Below are positions 1 through 16,140 of a DNA stretch of 64,000 nucleotides, one piece after another. A program made the translations under genes and the position numbers. The notes below the pieces were generated by a model. That model saw nothing but the letters and a program-made list of their open reading frames with translations. It made no database searches and had not been told where the DNA came from. Every line of letters starts with the position of its first letter. Position 1 is the first letter of the stretch. Source of the DNA: the human T2T-CHM13v2.0 reference genome, Homo sapiens; the NCBI RefSeq assembly GCF_009914755.1, contig NC_060938.1; one strand, given 5' to 3'.

Positions 1-216
1 AAGTAGCTGGGACTATAGGTGCAAAATTTTGTACTTTTAGTAGAGACAGGGTTTCGCCATGTTAGCCTGGCTGGTCTCGAACTCCTGACTTCAGGTGATC
101 TGCCCTCCTTGGCCTCCCAAAGTGCTGGGATTGCAGGAGTGAGCCACCATGCCCGGCCTAGATTTTTTTTTTTTTTGAGATAGGGTCTCGCTCTGTTGCC
201 TAGGCTGGAGTGCAGT
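1..216 (-). mobile_element. Partial Alu (1-158) plus a short Alu 3' fragment (163-216)
   Basis: Reverse-complement Alu motifs (ctcccaaagtgctggg; poly-T then gagatagggtctcgctctgttgcc). Confidence 0.9.
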
Positions 217-279
217 ATGAACCCTGGGCGGTTTTCTCGAAAAAAGTACTGTACCTTTAACGTAGTACAAAATTTTGGC

Positions 280-1195
280 ACGATTCCAAAATTGTAAGAA
301 CAATACAAAGAATCCCTATATGCTCATTATGAAAATTCACTAATTGTTTACATTTTGTTTAATTTGCTTTAGCATTCTTTCTGTTTTCATATATGTGCAT
401 ATTTTTCCTGAACCAGCTGAGAATACGTTGGAGATATCGTGCTCCTCTACTCCTAAACATTTCAGTGTACATTTCCTAAGAACTAGGACATTCCTGCATA
501 TAACCACAGTATAATTGTAAATATCAGAGCCATTAACCACGATAAAAATACCATTTCCTAATTTGCATTCCCTATTCAAATTTGGCCATTTACCCCAATA
601 ATGCTCTTTGTGGCTACTTTTTTCCAGTCCAATTTCTAGTTCAATTTCATACAACGCATTAGAAATCACATCTCTTTAGTCTGGAATCCATGGTCTTTCT
701 TTCTTGGTATCTTTGAAGAGGACAGACCTGATATTTTGTGGACTAACTCTGAATCTGGGTTTTATCTTTTGTTTTCTCATGATGCAGGTTATGTATTCTT
801 GGAAGGAATAGCAATAAAATGATGTTACCCTCACTACGACATCTCAGGAAGCACGGATGTTAGTTTACCCAACATTGGTGTTAACTTTGAGAACATCATT
901 AATGTGGAGTCACTAAAGTGGAGTTTGCCACGTTTCTCCACTATGAAGTTACTATGTTTCCCTTTATAATTAACTGGTAAATTTTAGGGAGAGGAATTGA
1001 GACTATGTAAAAATCTCCTCCTCCTCATGTCACCCACTCATTTTAGCATCAAGTGATGATTTTCCAACTCCATCATTCCTCTATGTTAGTTGGCATTCTC
1101 CCATAAGGAAGAGCTTTCCCTTCGCCCCCAATTTATTGCACTTTCTTACTTTCTAGCATAACAAGATGTTCTAGTTTCATCTTGTACTTTTCAAG
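280..1195 (-). mobile_element. Old L1 (L1MC/ME-like) 3' region fragment
   Basis: Resembles L1M 3' UTR consensus; similar sequence recurs at about 58300-59530. Confidence 0.55.
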
Positions 1196-1221
1196 GCTTT
1201 ATTTTAATATCACCACCACTC

Positions 1222-1990
1222 ATGGATCACTATCTGCCAGGGGCGATACGACACACTTTACATAGATCATTCCATTTAAGCCAATCAACTCCAGGTAAAT
1301 GGGATAGCAGAGTATCAGAGAGATTAGGCGACTTGCCTAGGATCCTGCAGCTAGGATATATTGAAACCCAGCAACCCAGAGTTGAGCCAAGTTACTACTT
1401 AAGTGAAACAGAGAAAAATACATGTTCACCGAGGAGTAGATTATTTGGCTTGGCTGGTGCACAGGTATCAGAGCACAGTAGTGGGAGACTGGGAGGGAAA
1501 GACAAGCTGAGGCTGGGGTCAGATTGTTTTGAGAGCCTTACAATGGACTTTAGAATATATCCTCTTCAAGTAAATGGAAGTCACTGAGAGACGTCAAGCA
1601 GTGGAGTGACCCAATCATGGCTGTGTCGTAGGAAGACTAATCAAATATTAATGTAAAAAACGGACTGGAAAGGATTGAAAGGGGTCAAAAAATAGACATT
1701 AGCACTATTTCTAATTTTCTGATAATAAAAATAATGCTGCTTCTCCTGATAAAACAAAGAAGGCAACACATGTGGCTAAGCTGTGTATAGCAATCAAGTC
1801 GCATGGCTCCTGCACATACCGGCTATGTAGCCTTGGGCGCCTTTTTTTATTCCCTGAGCCTCAGATACCTCATCTATAAAACAAAGATGATAATCTATTT
1901 CTTCAAGGGTTGCTTTCAAAGACTGAAAAAAATAATATATAAAAAAATGCCAAGAGTAGTGTCTGATAACAAATAAGTACTACAAAACAT
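1222..1990. mobile_element. MIR, L2 and MIR fragments
   Basis: MIR core motifs (gacttgcctaggatc; ctgagcctcagatacctcatctataaaa) flank an L2-like segment. Confidence 0.55.
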
Positions 1991-2157
1991 AAATATTACA
2001 ATAAAAATATTTGCCACCTTCATCTAAAATGCTTTTTGACTGTGAGCACAGAAGTGTAGGATTTTCTGGCCTACAGACAACCTTAGTTTGTACTGACATT
2101 CTCATTCTAGTAATAGTGCCACAAGAAACAACCTTGTACATATTTTTTATCTACTTA

Positions 2158-2957
<800 letters not shown>

Positions 2958-5536
2958 GTTCTCATATCAAATACCTTAAATTTTTGCCAATCTGACATGC
3001 ATTTCCAAGATACAGAGGATTTTAAGGTGCAAAAGAAAGGAGAAAGGAAGAAAACTTGAGAGCTTGTAGCAACTGGACCTGATCATCTCAGACAGAGAGG
3101 AAGACAGTAATGGGATTGTGGGTTTGAGAAGTAATAAGAGGCTGGGAAAGTTCACATGCAGTTCACGAGAGAGGGGTAAAATGCTCACTAACCTGTGAAG
3201 CTCTGCTGAGACTGACAGCATGGGTTTCATGCCAGACCCAGGTGACACATTTTGTTGACACACGAGGAAAGCTTAGCAATCTAGTATTGGGAAGACAAGT
3301 TCAGAGAATAATCAAAGTGACTGCAATGTCAGGCAAGGAGGAAGGTGAAGAGGGCAAGCAATGCCAGTGTGCCAGCCAAGGCAGATTCTAGGTTAGTAAG
3401 GGTGCAGATGGAACCCAAAGGAAGTAGGAGAATAGGAAAGGCTCAAAAGAAGGTAGGGCTCAGAGGGGATTTAAAAAATGCTCGGGGAGTATGAGAAAGG
3501 AAAATGATGGAAGATTATGGTTAAAGACTTTGAGGTCTTAGAGGTGCAACTGGTTTGACTGATAAGGCCTAATGTGCAGCTATACTTGTAAATGAAGCAA
3601 AAGAAGTGAAAGAGGTTTGGCATGGTATTGAACTGGTTATCAATACTGGTACTAAAGTTGTAGAAAGTGATGGGAGGAAACTGGAGGAAAGGGAAACTAC
3701 GTCTGATGAATGTCACTGGAAACGCAGATATGTGTCCTGGGAGTCAATTAGCTACAGAATTGAGGGAAGTGGCTTAGAAAAGCTCTTTGAAAAACAAGAC
3801 TCTGTTGAGAAATGATTTTTTAAAATGATGTTTAACTATCATCATGTTGTTGAGTACAGGAAGGTGGTCTTCTGTGACAGGGGCTGCTAGAGAAGCAACA
3901 TCCTCCAAAAACAGAAGGTTTTACTTTAGAGGAAAGGATAAATAAAGCATTTCAGGAGTTTATGCACACAGTTACTCATAGAATACTAACCCTTTCTGTT
4001 AGTAGAGGAAGATGAAGAGATGTTTGAGTAGGGGGAAGAACACAAAATTCCTAAAGACATAAAAAATATCTCCAAAGCTTCTAAAATAGTAGGCACATAC
4101 AAAATTAAGCTTTAGAGAGTACAGTGTACCAACGGAGTCATACCTCTTTATTTACATATTGTACATTTTATTCTAAAAGCTAATTTACATGTATTCTGCC
4201 AGAAAGTCAAGTTGGGATCTGGCACCAAAGAGGCAGACTAAAGTCCAAGGACAATTTTCTCTCTGCCAGGCACAGGGTCTAGCCCTATCGAATACAAGGC
4301 ACTAATACTAGTTGCAAGGAATGAGTAAACATGTAATATTGCAGTAACTAACTGCCGTAGCCACATAAGTATTAAGGTAGATTCTTCATCTTAAGTTTCA
4401 GCATTGATAAAGAGTAGAAAGAAATAGAAAAGAAGAGAGAAAGCAAAAGGGAACTGGTAATAACAGTAAGAACATCTTTCTTGATGGGCATGTCTCAAGT
4501 TCTGAGCTCTTCCAAGAGATAAATTCAGGATAAGTCTTCAGACTTATTCTGTTTACAACTGAAGAACAAAAGAAAACTATCAATAGTCCATCTTTATGAC
4601 AATAATTAAAAATAAATAGGTAGGGCTAACTCTAATACATGTTCTCAGAAGCTGTCAGGCAAATTTCATTAATGTGACCCTTCCAAAAAACATTTATCAT
4701 CCCATTGAAATTGACTTACAGTCCATACAATGGAATACCTTATATGATCCTTGTGCCAATGATTTGTTTCTTGATTAAAAGAAATGTCATGTAAATGATT
4801 ATATCTTAATTCCTTTGTATTTCTTAAATGGTCTTCTTTATATGTAGGATGACTAATATTCTATAACTGCAAAATATTAATATAAATAATTCTAACTTCC
4901 ACATAAGATTGTCATGAGGATTAAATGAGCTACTGAGGATTATGAGCCAGGCATACAGTAGGCATTTGTTAAATAATAACTAATAGCTCCTATTATTATT
5001 TACAGGCATCAGTTACAATTTATAGACTTGAAAAATACTGTCAAGCTTAATTATAATGACTTAAATATAAAAATCAAATTTATTGTGCCCTGACTTACAT
5101 ACTCAATGTGGTCATAATTTTAAGACTTATGAATGTTTAACATATATTTCCATAAAGTACTACCAGGGTCTAATTACTTAGTATTAAGCTAAAGAGAGAT
5201 TTTCTTATATAACTGATATTTCAGTGCAATCCTAAGTTTTAAAATTGCAGAGATATCTGGTTTTTATTCAAGTGCAATTAACTTGCTTTTAAAGATTTTT
5301 ATGTTCTGGTATTTGGAATGCCAGATGAAGCACTCTGATACTGTGTCTCTAAGAAGCATAAAAATAACACAGAAATCACACAAATAATGTGAAAATTCAA
5401 AAACATAAAATTTCTCCCATTTTAAAACACACTACCATCCTCCCTAAATCCCACGTGTCCCATCTTGTCTTTCTTCTTTATTTTACTGCCAAACTTCTTT
5501 AAAGCGTGGTCTACATGGCTGATGCTCCTTACCCAC

Positions 5537-6087
5537 TGTTCCCTTCATATTGCTGCTATAGGAAGTTACCACAGACTTAGTGGCGTAAACACTATGAATT
5601 TATTATTTTATAATTTTGTACACTCGAAGTCTGACATGGACATCACTGGACTAAAATCAAGGTGTCAGCAGGACTGCGTTTCTTCTGGGGCTCCAGGGAA
5701 AAATCTGTTTCCTGGCCTTTTCTAGCTTCTAGATACAGGCCACCCACATTCCTTGGCTTCTGGTCCCTTCCCTCATCCTAAAAGGCAGCTATGGCAGCTG
5801 AGTCACTTCTCACATTGCATCACCTGACCTTCTCTGTAGACACATCTCCCTCTCACCCTCCTCTCTCCTCCCTCCCTCCCTCTTCCTATTGTGTAAGGAC
5901 CCTTGTGGTTACATTGGCCCCACACCAGATAATTCAGAATAATCTCTCAATTTTAGAGTCAGCTGATTAGTGGTCTTAATTTCATCTGTAATCTTAATTC
6001 TTCTTTACCATGTAGCTCAACATACTGACAGGTCCTGGGGGATTAGAATGTGGGCATCTCTGGGAGGACATTATTCAGTCTACCACA
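5537..6087 (-). mobile_element. MaLR MLT1 (C/D-like) solo LTR interrupting an L2 fragment
   Basis: MLT1 motifs (aaatcaaggtgtcagcagg; attattcagtctaccaca); L2-like sequence on both sides. Confidence 0.8.
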
Positions 6088-8530
6088 GCCTCTATTCATT
6101 CCTTAACATACTACAGTACAACTTCTACCTCCATGATAACACCATAACTTAAAGCTAAAAATAACCTCTTGTTACTAGAGTCAATGAATACTTTTCAGTC
6201 CTCATATTACTTAACTTTATGCCCTTTGCAAAGGGCAAAAAGGAAAAGAGTGTTTCAAAGGCAGCAAAATAGCACAAAAACTGCCTCTATGGATCAGCCC
6301 AAATTGAGCCCCTCAAAAATGGTTATGTTAACCCACTGAATTTTGGGTTAGTTATGCAGAAAAAGACAACTGATATATTAGCAACTTGTAGATCATGCTT
6401 ATAACTTAAGTGTCTTGTTCAAGATCACACAGTTAATAACCAAAACAATCTTTTTATTTTAGCAGAATAATAGCCCTTTAATTTAGGTCACACATCTTTC
6501 ATATTAGGAAAACAATTTATATTTCATTTCAATGACACATAATTTATGCAGATATTTAACAGTAGCAAGTAGATTTCACTTTGTTATTATGAAATAATAT
6601 TTCCTTCTTGGATTCAGAATAGCAAGCCGTGTGTGTGTATGTGTGTTTGTATGTATATGGAAAGGCAGGTAGAGAATGGAGGAGAGAAAAATAGCCTTTA
6701 AACCAGTAAATTTGTTTCTTAAAACAGTAAATTAATTCTGAGAATTTGAACTGAAGATCTCTACAAAATTTCCAAGATTCTTAAGCAACTCATATCATTC
6801 TGACAATTAATACCTTATGGAATTAACGTTAGGGTAAAACAGCACGTGCTCTCCATCAAAATTCTGACTTTCTAAGTACATACTGTTGCACAGTTTCAGG
6901 CTGCTCGTCTTTGCACATCTGATTTGACTTAATGTTGAACTCAGAAATCTCTCCATTGTTCTGCAGTTCATACACTTTTATTAGCAGATGGAGAAAGTGA
7001 AATTCACAGAGACATTGGGTTACATAAGCTTTAAAGTATTACTAAAAACTACAGCCTAAATAGCCCATTTTCCATTTAAGATGCAAAAGGATAACCACAG
7101 AAAGGGCTAGCAAGCTTATTTTAAGGCTATGTCTTGCTCGTGCAATTGCATGGAAGTCAGCTTGTAGGAGGGGAAGTCGTAGAGTTAACAGAAATCCTAC
7201 ATCTCCTGCTTTCAAGGAAAGATTCTGTTCTGCTTTCACTCTCCAAACACCCAAACACCTACTTATTTCCAGTAATACTCTGGCTGACCTCTAGACATCT
7301 AAGCTTTCTATTTCAAATTCTCCTACTTAGAATTTCTCTCTCTCATATTTCTTCTTAAATGGTGGCACCTTCCAAAGAGCTGTTATTAATTCCCACATGC
7401 CCCCTATGATTCAGACCACTTCTCTCTTTTTTTCTCTCTCTCTCTGCACTGTTACTTGGTCTTCTTTTTATTTTTTTTCCTATAAATTTTCCTCTTCCTT
7501 CTGATATGCTTCACTTCCATGAACTCCCATACCTCCTGTTCTCATTTCTACCTACTCTTTCTCCTCTGGACCACCCAAATCTCTCTTGATAGCTCCCTTT
7601 TCTTATCTTCTATCTAAAATATAGTCTTAACGTGACATGCCACACAAACCTGAAAGTCATTTCTTTTTAATGTCATGCCAAAACCATCTCAGTTTATTTT
7701 TGTTTGGTTTTAGCTCAACATTCTAATAGTACACTCTATAAATGCATTTCAGCTTATCAAAATCATTACAAAGTTCTGACTAAGAACATCTTATCAATCT
7801 TGTGAATTAGTCATATTTACTTCAAAGCAAGGAAGTGTTTTCAGTTACTGTCTGTTTCGTCATACTAGTGACTGTAATATATCATGAACCATTCTGTTAC
7901 CATCTCAGCAATTACAATTATTGCTCACCCTTACAATTATTGAGATGAAACCAATACTCAAAAGTGAAACTTTAATTTTTAAATACCTCTTAACTCCATT
8001 GAAAGAATGACTCATGATCACAAAACTGTCTACAAGGCTGGGATGGCATTCATTATTGGGAATGATCCTTGGCATTACCTTTACAAACACTTTGGTGATT
8101 TGCTTATTTAACATCTTGTGAATTCTGATTAATGTAACAATTTATTACAGTCATAGATCAGCTGGTGTTTCAACAAAATCACCACTAACAGAAACCAGAA
8201 AACATCAAAAGAAAAATTATTTTTACAGATTATTTTCCACATAGAATTCCCTCTCAGTGTTAGTTGAAATAAATATGAGTTTTAAGAGAGAGAGAACAGA
8301 TAAAAATATTTTTATATCTCTTGTTGTAACCATGCACAGGTACAGAAAAAGTTATAAAAGGAGACATGATCTCCACGTTACAAGATTTGGGAAAAGTAAA
8401 AGAAATATAAAGGGAAAAATCCACCAAATCCAATATCATTAGCTATAAATCAGAGGCTTAAAAGATATTAATGTTGTAGAATTAAAAAAAAAAAACCAGA
8501 AATGTGACTTAACAATAGATAACTTTAAAG

Positions 8531-9021
<491 letters not shown>

Positions 9022-10731
9022 ATTTACAAGATGACAGATACAATATAAATAAAGAGAAGGCAACTACCAGTAAATACAGCATATTGTAGGAAACAATCAC
9101 ACATACTCAGTTCAAGTAGAAATGCTAGTCTATTCCGTATCTGGTTACTAAAAGCAAAATGTCACAGGTAAGCAAATGGCAAGATAATACTAACATTGTA
9201 ATAATCTTATCATTTGGAGAAGCCTGTGCAAACAAGGCGAATTTAATCCCAATGGAACAAGCCCCATCAAGAAGTCTACAGTGAGCCATAAATACTAGTA
9301 GGCACATGATGGCAGCCTAGACATGAATCTCCACATCTGCTCCTAAAACATCTTTAAAAACAGCAAGAAAAGCTGTAAACCTCCATGACCTACTCCTTCA
9401 GCAAAACTGAGAGAAAGAAAACCCATATACACCAAACAACATGGTTCAGGGCAGGCTAAGAAGGAACTGGGCAAGACATGAGCAATGTGGGAAGGTAGGA
9501 AAATGTAGTAAGATAGCAGGATATAGAACTAATATATAAAAGTAATAGCTTTCAGCTAGAAGGTATGGTGGAAGAGAAGACCCCATTTACAAAAGCAACA
9601 GATGACAGAATATCTAAGATTCAGTTAAGAAACATGGCTAGGAAGTAAATGCTAAAACACACCTGAAGGTCTTAGAAGGATTTCAACATCAGCAAACATA
9701 CCATGTTCTTGAATTGGAATAACCAATATCATAAAAATGTCAAGTCTCCCTAAATTAATTTTTTAATTTACAGCAATTCCAGTGAAAATACCTTACGGTT
9801 TTTCCCCCCAAAACCAGACAATGTGATTCTAAAGTTCATGCTGAAAAATAAACCAACAGGAAGAGTCCTCCAAAAAGCTCTGAAAAATAAAGGCAATGAA
9901 AGATCAGGGGCAGAGGGCAACTAACCTTACCAAGAATTAAAATACATTGTAAAACCTTGATAAATTAAAACAGTATAGTACTGGTACATGACTTAACAAA
10001 CCAAACAGAAAAAAATCAAATAGACCCAAACATATATGAGAATTTCATAGAGGAAAAAGGAAGCACCTCAACTCAATGTAAATGTGGACTTTTAACTAAA
10101 CAGTGTTGGGAAAATTAGCTATTTGAAAAAGATTAAGTTGGATCCTTATTTCATGTCATACGCCATCCACATGGATCCAAGTTCTCTATGCAAAAAATAA
10201 AACCATGCAAGTACTGGAAGAAGACATCAGTTAATTCCTTTATAAACTCAGTAGAGGAGTAGAGGAGGTCTTCTGACTATGACTCAAAATCACAAGCCAT
10301 AAAAATAATTTTAAAAATAAATTTTACTATACATAAATTTTTGCATGGTAAATGCATCATAACCAAACTCAAAAAAATACATGGGAAACGGGAAAGTATT
10401 TACAATGCATACCAGAAATGATTAATTACTTTATGAGCTCCTAGAAATTGAGAGGAAAAAAAGAGGTAAAGGGTACAAATAGATAATTCTCAGAAAAAAT
10501 ACATATGGCTTTTTAAGCATGTGAAAAGATGTTCGGCCTCATTCAGTAAAGAAAAAAAGAAAATTAACTCTACAATGAGACACTACTACTCACCTATGAG
10601 ACAGGCAGATGCCCAGAAGTTTGAGAATACGTTCTGTGGAGAAACAGGCACTCTCAAACAATGCTGATGGGAATGTAAAATGGTACAACTTCTATGGAAG
10701 TGTATTTGGCAAAATTAGAGATGGCAAAAAA

Positions 10732-11032
10732 GGATGGGTGTGGTGGCCCATGCCTGTCATCCCAGCACTTTTGGAGGCCGAGGTGGGCAGATCACTTGAG
10801 GTCAGGAGTTGGAGACCAGCCTAGCCAACATGGTGAAACCCTGTCTCTACTGAAAAAATACAAAAATTAGCCAGGTGTGGTGGCATGCATCTGTAGTCCC
10901 AGCTACTCAGGAGGCTGAGTCAGGAGAATCACTTGAACCCAGGAGGCAGAGGTTGCAGTGAGCCGAGATCAACATCACTGCGCTCCAGCCTGGGCAACAG
11001 AGCGAGACTCCATCTCGAAAAAAAAAAAAGAA
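10732..11032 (+). mobile_element. AluS
   Basis: Full dimer with A tail; TSD agagatgg. Confidence 0.93.
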
Positions 11033-11327
11033 GAGATGGTGAAAACACAGACCCAGCAATCTCCCTTCATCAAGCCTACAGGTTTTTTCCCCCAAACAAG
11101 TAGAAAATGACATACGTGCAAGTTATCCCTGAAGCATCCTCATAAGAAAAGATAATAAACAATAACCCAAGGATCCCTTCACAGGGAACCAGTTAAGTAT
11201 ACAATGGAATGGAACGAAGGACTGTGCAGGAATAAAAAAAAGAACAAGGAAAAGCTTTATGAATTATATGGTGTTCATATGTTATGTTACATTACAACCA
11301 CGTTATATTATGTTAAAACCAGTATCA

Positions 11328-11641
<314 letters not shown>

Positions 11642-12009
11642 GTGTCCAAACACCACACAGAATATTTTCACTTCTAGGAGAAAAAATATAACCTTATGAT
11701 GAAGGGATCAGGCTGTCACTATGTAATCTAATCTTAGAATCACTAATTGGGAAAAATCGGATAATAGGTTTCTCCTAACGTGATATAACATGAAATACAT
11801 AACATCATTTATGGTGTATTCCAGCTCAAAACGTTTAAGTTTAACCTATTGAGACTTTAGATCTAGCTTCCCAATTACTACTAGAATTCAGCAGAGGCAG
11901 GAATAAGTTAAAAGATACTATAAGGACACAACCAAGTGAGCATTCCTGGATTGGACAAACAGCTGTAAAGCATAATTATGTTACAATTAGTAAAATATGA
12001 AAATGGACT

Positions 12010-12484
12010 TGTGTGACAAATGGCCATGAATTCTTTCTAGTTCCCCTCTTCAAGAGGTGAAGTCTATTTCTGCATCCCGTGAATCCAGGCTGGTCTTGTG
12101 TTGACAGTGAAGCTATGTGAGTTCCAGTGTCCAGGCTCAGGAGGCCCTGCAGCTTCCACTTTTGCCCTCTTGGCAGTAGTTGCTAGCTGCCCTGATACTA
12201 CCATGCTATGAAAAAGCTGATCTACTGTACTGGAGGATGAGAGGCCATATGGAGGAGAAAAGAGGTGGCCCAGCTAACAGCTAGCACCAATTACCAGACA
12301 TGAGAATGAAACCATCTTGGACCTCACAGCCCAGCCAACTCTCCATCTGAACACCAGGTGAGTGAGCCCAGGCTAACCATTAGAGAACTGCTCAGCCAAC
12401 CCATGGGATCATGAGAAAATAAATCATTGTTTAAGCTATGAAATTTTAGGTGGTTTGTTATACAGCAATAAATAACTTGTACAA
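12010..12484 (+). mobile_element. MaLR MLT1 (F/G/H-like) LTR
   Basis: caagaggtgaagtctatt...aataaatcattgtttaagc...ggtttgttatacagcaataaataac. Confidence 0.75.
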
Positions 12485-12908
12485 CTGGGTTTTAAATGAA
12501 AATTTATTAGCTGGGAAAGGTAGATATCATTAACGGAAAGATCTGCTTACAAATCATATACGGGACAAACTCATTTTGATAAAACACACAGATAGACATA
12601 CAGACAAAAAGACCTAGAAGAATATATACTGATAACAGAGGGGTATATAATAAGGTTCATGCTGGGTAGTGAAAATAAGTTTTTATTTTCTTATTTTTGC
12701 TGTCCTGTATTTTCTGTATGCATATATACTGCCTTTGCAGTAATAAAACTTTAAGAAAACACATATTTAAAAAAAAAAAGATTTATAGTATTTACTTAGT
12801 CATCAGACAAACTGTTAGCAAGGTTCCTGAAGAGCTAGACATGTAAGTTCTTGCTAATACCTCACAAAAAGCTGGATAAAGTCAGTCAACCAATAAACCT
12901 TTTGGGAC

Positions 12909-13268
12909 TGTTACAGGCTGAACTGTATCTTCCCAAAACTCATTATGTTGAAGTCCTAGCCTCCAGTACCTTAGAATGTGACTGTAAATGGAGTTAAAAT
13001 GAGGCCCCTAGGGTGGACCCCAAAGCAATCTGACTGGTGTCCTTACAGGAAGAAGAAATTTGGGCACAAAAAGAGATACCAGGGGCACACATGCGTAGGG
13101 GGACAACATGTGAAGAGGTGGTAAGACAGTGGCCATCTGCAAGCCAAGGAAAGAGGCCGTGGGAGAAACCAACCCTAGTGGCACATTGATCTTGGACTTC
13201 CAGCCTCCAGTACTGTGAGAAAATAAATGTCTATTGTTTAAGCCACCCAGCCCTAGCAAACTAATATA
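12909..13268 (+). mobile_element. MLT1B-like solo LTR
   Basis: TG start and aactaatata end; 5-bp TSD GGGAC at 12904-12908 and 13269-13273. Confidence 0.88.
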
Positions 13269-13950
13269 GGGACCAAGTGTATAGCACGATATTTGGGAAA
13301 CTGACCTAGTGTGCATTAGGGCACTGCAAACAAATAACTGAACCATTAAAACAGTCTATGGTCCTCTTCTAAATTCCTGAAAAGTTTTCATCTTTAAAAG
13401 TCAACTGCTGAAACAGGCACAAAGAATAATTGTGTTAAATAAATTAATGTGAACAGAAGATAGAAGGGCATGATTTCTAAATGCAATGCCTCACTCACTG
13501 TGGAATGAATATGTTGTCCAGTTCACGTTCCATTCTTGACTTAGCATAAAAAAATGGGTTTTCTTGTTTTGTTTTGGATTTGTTTATTTAGGGCCAATGA
13601 CAAAGGCCAAAAGTAATGGAGAGCCAATAACGAAAAAGCAACATGATTAAGGACTACTGTTTTCTAGTCTAATACAAAATATTTCACTCTTATCTATTTA
13701 CTTCTAAATTTAACATGTTTTATAAAAAAATTACAATTTTAAATAATTTTAAAAAGCATATTGAGTATAGTTAAGAGAACAGAAAAAAAAAAAAAAAAAA
13801 AGAGAGGAGACAGAAAGGGCGGGGGCAGGCTAGAGAGTAATGGTGCAGAGTCCAGGAACCTGTTTTCTTACCAGCTTCTGACTCGGACAACCTTAGACAC
13901 ATGATTTAACTTTTATGAGTTTATTGTCAAGGGAGAAACTTGAAAAGATA

Positions 13951-14150
13951 ATCATTTCTCAAACAGTCCTCATGGACTTCCTAAGGCTTTCCTGGAAATT
14001 CTAGGGTAAAGAATAGAAATAAACCGGTAGGGCTTGGTACCCTTAGGCCCAGATACAAGCAGAGCTACTCCTTTCCATTTGTTTTCCATTTGAATTTCTG
14101 TGTGTTCATTTGAGGGAAGGGTCCTGCACTAAAAATGTTTGAAACCGCTG
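13951..14150 (+). mobile_element. hAT-Charlie MITE (MER112-like)
   Basis: Ends ttcatttgagggaagggtcc...aaaaatgtttgaaaccgctg, resembling the Charlie terminal aaagtttgaaaaccactg. Confidence 0.55.
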
Positions 14151-14339
14151 TATTAGAATGCTCTGTCACCTACAACAGTCTTGTTGTTCATGTGGGTAGA
14201 TACTGAAGACATATATATAAAAAAAATCAATAACATAGCAGATACACACAGGAGGCAGAATGAAGGGCCAAATTATATTGACTCACTGGAACAATAGGCA
14301 AATGATAACATTAATGGGGACTCTTAAGAGGAGAGAAGA

Positions 14340-14480
14340 GAGTGTGTCCTACATGAATAAAGATTTAGAATTGTTAATTGATGGTAAGCATTGCAAAATG
14401 AGCATGAAGTGTAACATCATGGCTCAAAAGGTGAATGCAATCTTAGGTATCATTAATAAAAATATAATTTCTAATATAAA
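14340..14480 (+). mobile_element. CR1/L3 LINE ORF2 fragment
   Basis: Translates KDLELLIDGKHCKMSMKCNIMAQKVNAILGIINKNI, matching the CR1 motif KDLGVLVD.KLNMSQQC..AA.KANAILGCINRSI. Confidence 0.75.
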
Positions 14481-15351
14481 AGCACTCAATAAAATGGCCA
14501 AATATATATTAAAAAACCAGTTTGTATTACCAATAATCAAAGAATACAGGCAGCAATTTAGGGAAACAGAAGACAGACATTGGAATGATTCAGACTTGAG
14601 CTCCAATCTTCAAGCATACACAAGATACGTAACTTCAGGACATACAGCTTCCAGAATGTGGACATCACTAATGAGGGGATCCTGCAGTGCCTTTGTGTGG
14701 GTCAGTGATATTATGGAATACACCTAGTGTAATGGCTGGCATACTGTAGGCACTCAAGAAATAGCTAATACTTGCAAAGCACTATGTGAAATTCTAGCTC
14801 ATTTAATCCTTACCATAATTCTAGGAGAGAGTTATATCACATACATGCAAATTAAAACAAGCACGGGACCAAAATGGTAACAGATAAAATCTTCAACGAT
14901 GGTAGAACACTAGAAGCACTGCCATTTCTCTAGTGGGAACAGAAGATGGTGGAACTTTTCTGCAAAGCAGTCTGGGAATGTGTGTGAGGACTTTCCCAAA
15001 GATCATATATAAAGGTCCAGCTCTATTTGAGAAAGGAATGGATTCAGAAAGTGCCTAGGGTGGAAATGGGAGTGTAAAGGGCTGACTGATTAGTAGCTAA
15101 TCAAGTTTTTCACCAGGAATGCAAAGCATCTCTAGGAACAGAAGTCTTTTCTTTCTTTTTTCTTTTTCTCCATTACTGGTTTCCATGAACGTCCGTCCCC
15201 TTGTCAGCCTAAACCTGTTCATTCTGAGAACTCCTAAAGCAGAAATTGGCCCACTTCACCAATCAGTTCCTCACATTTGAATGGAAGCATACTGCTCAGG
15301 GAGGTAGATACCCCTAACAATTCAAATGTTTCTTAACATTAATAAAGGAAA

Positions 15352-15716
<365 letters not shown>

Positions 15717-15855
15717 TCAAATCCAGAGCAATGCATGATATTCCAGGAGATGCCACCACAAAGAATGAGAATCAAAATATTTCACTTCTTCTAAGTCCAT
15801 AGTATCTTGCCCTTTAAGTACATTATAACTTAAGACCCAAAGAAAAGTGTTTTCA

Positions 15856-16140
<285 letters not shown>

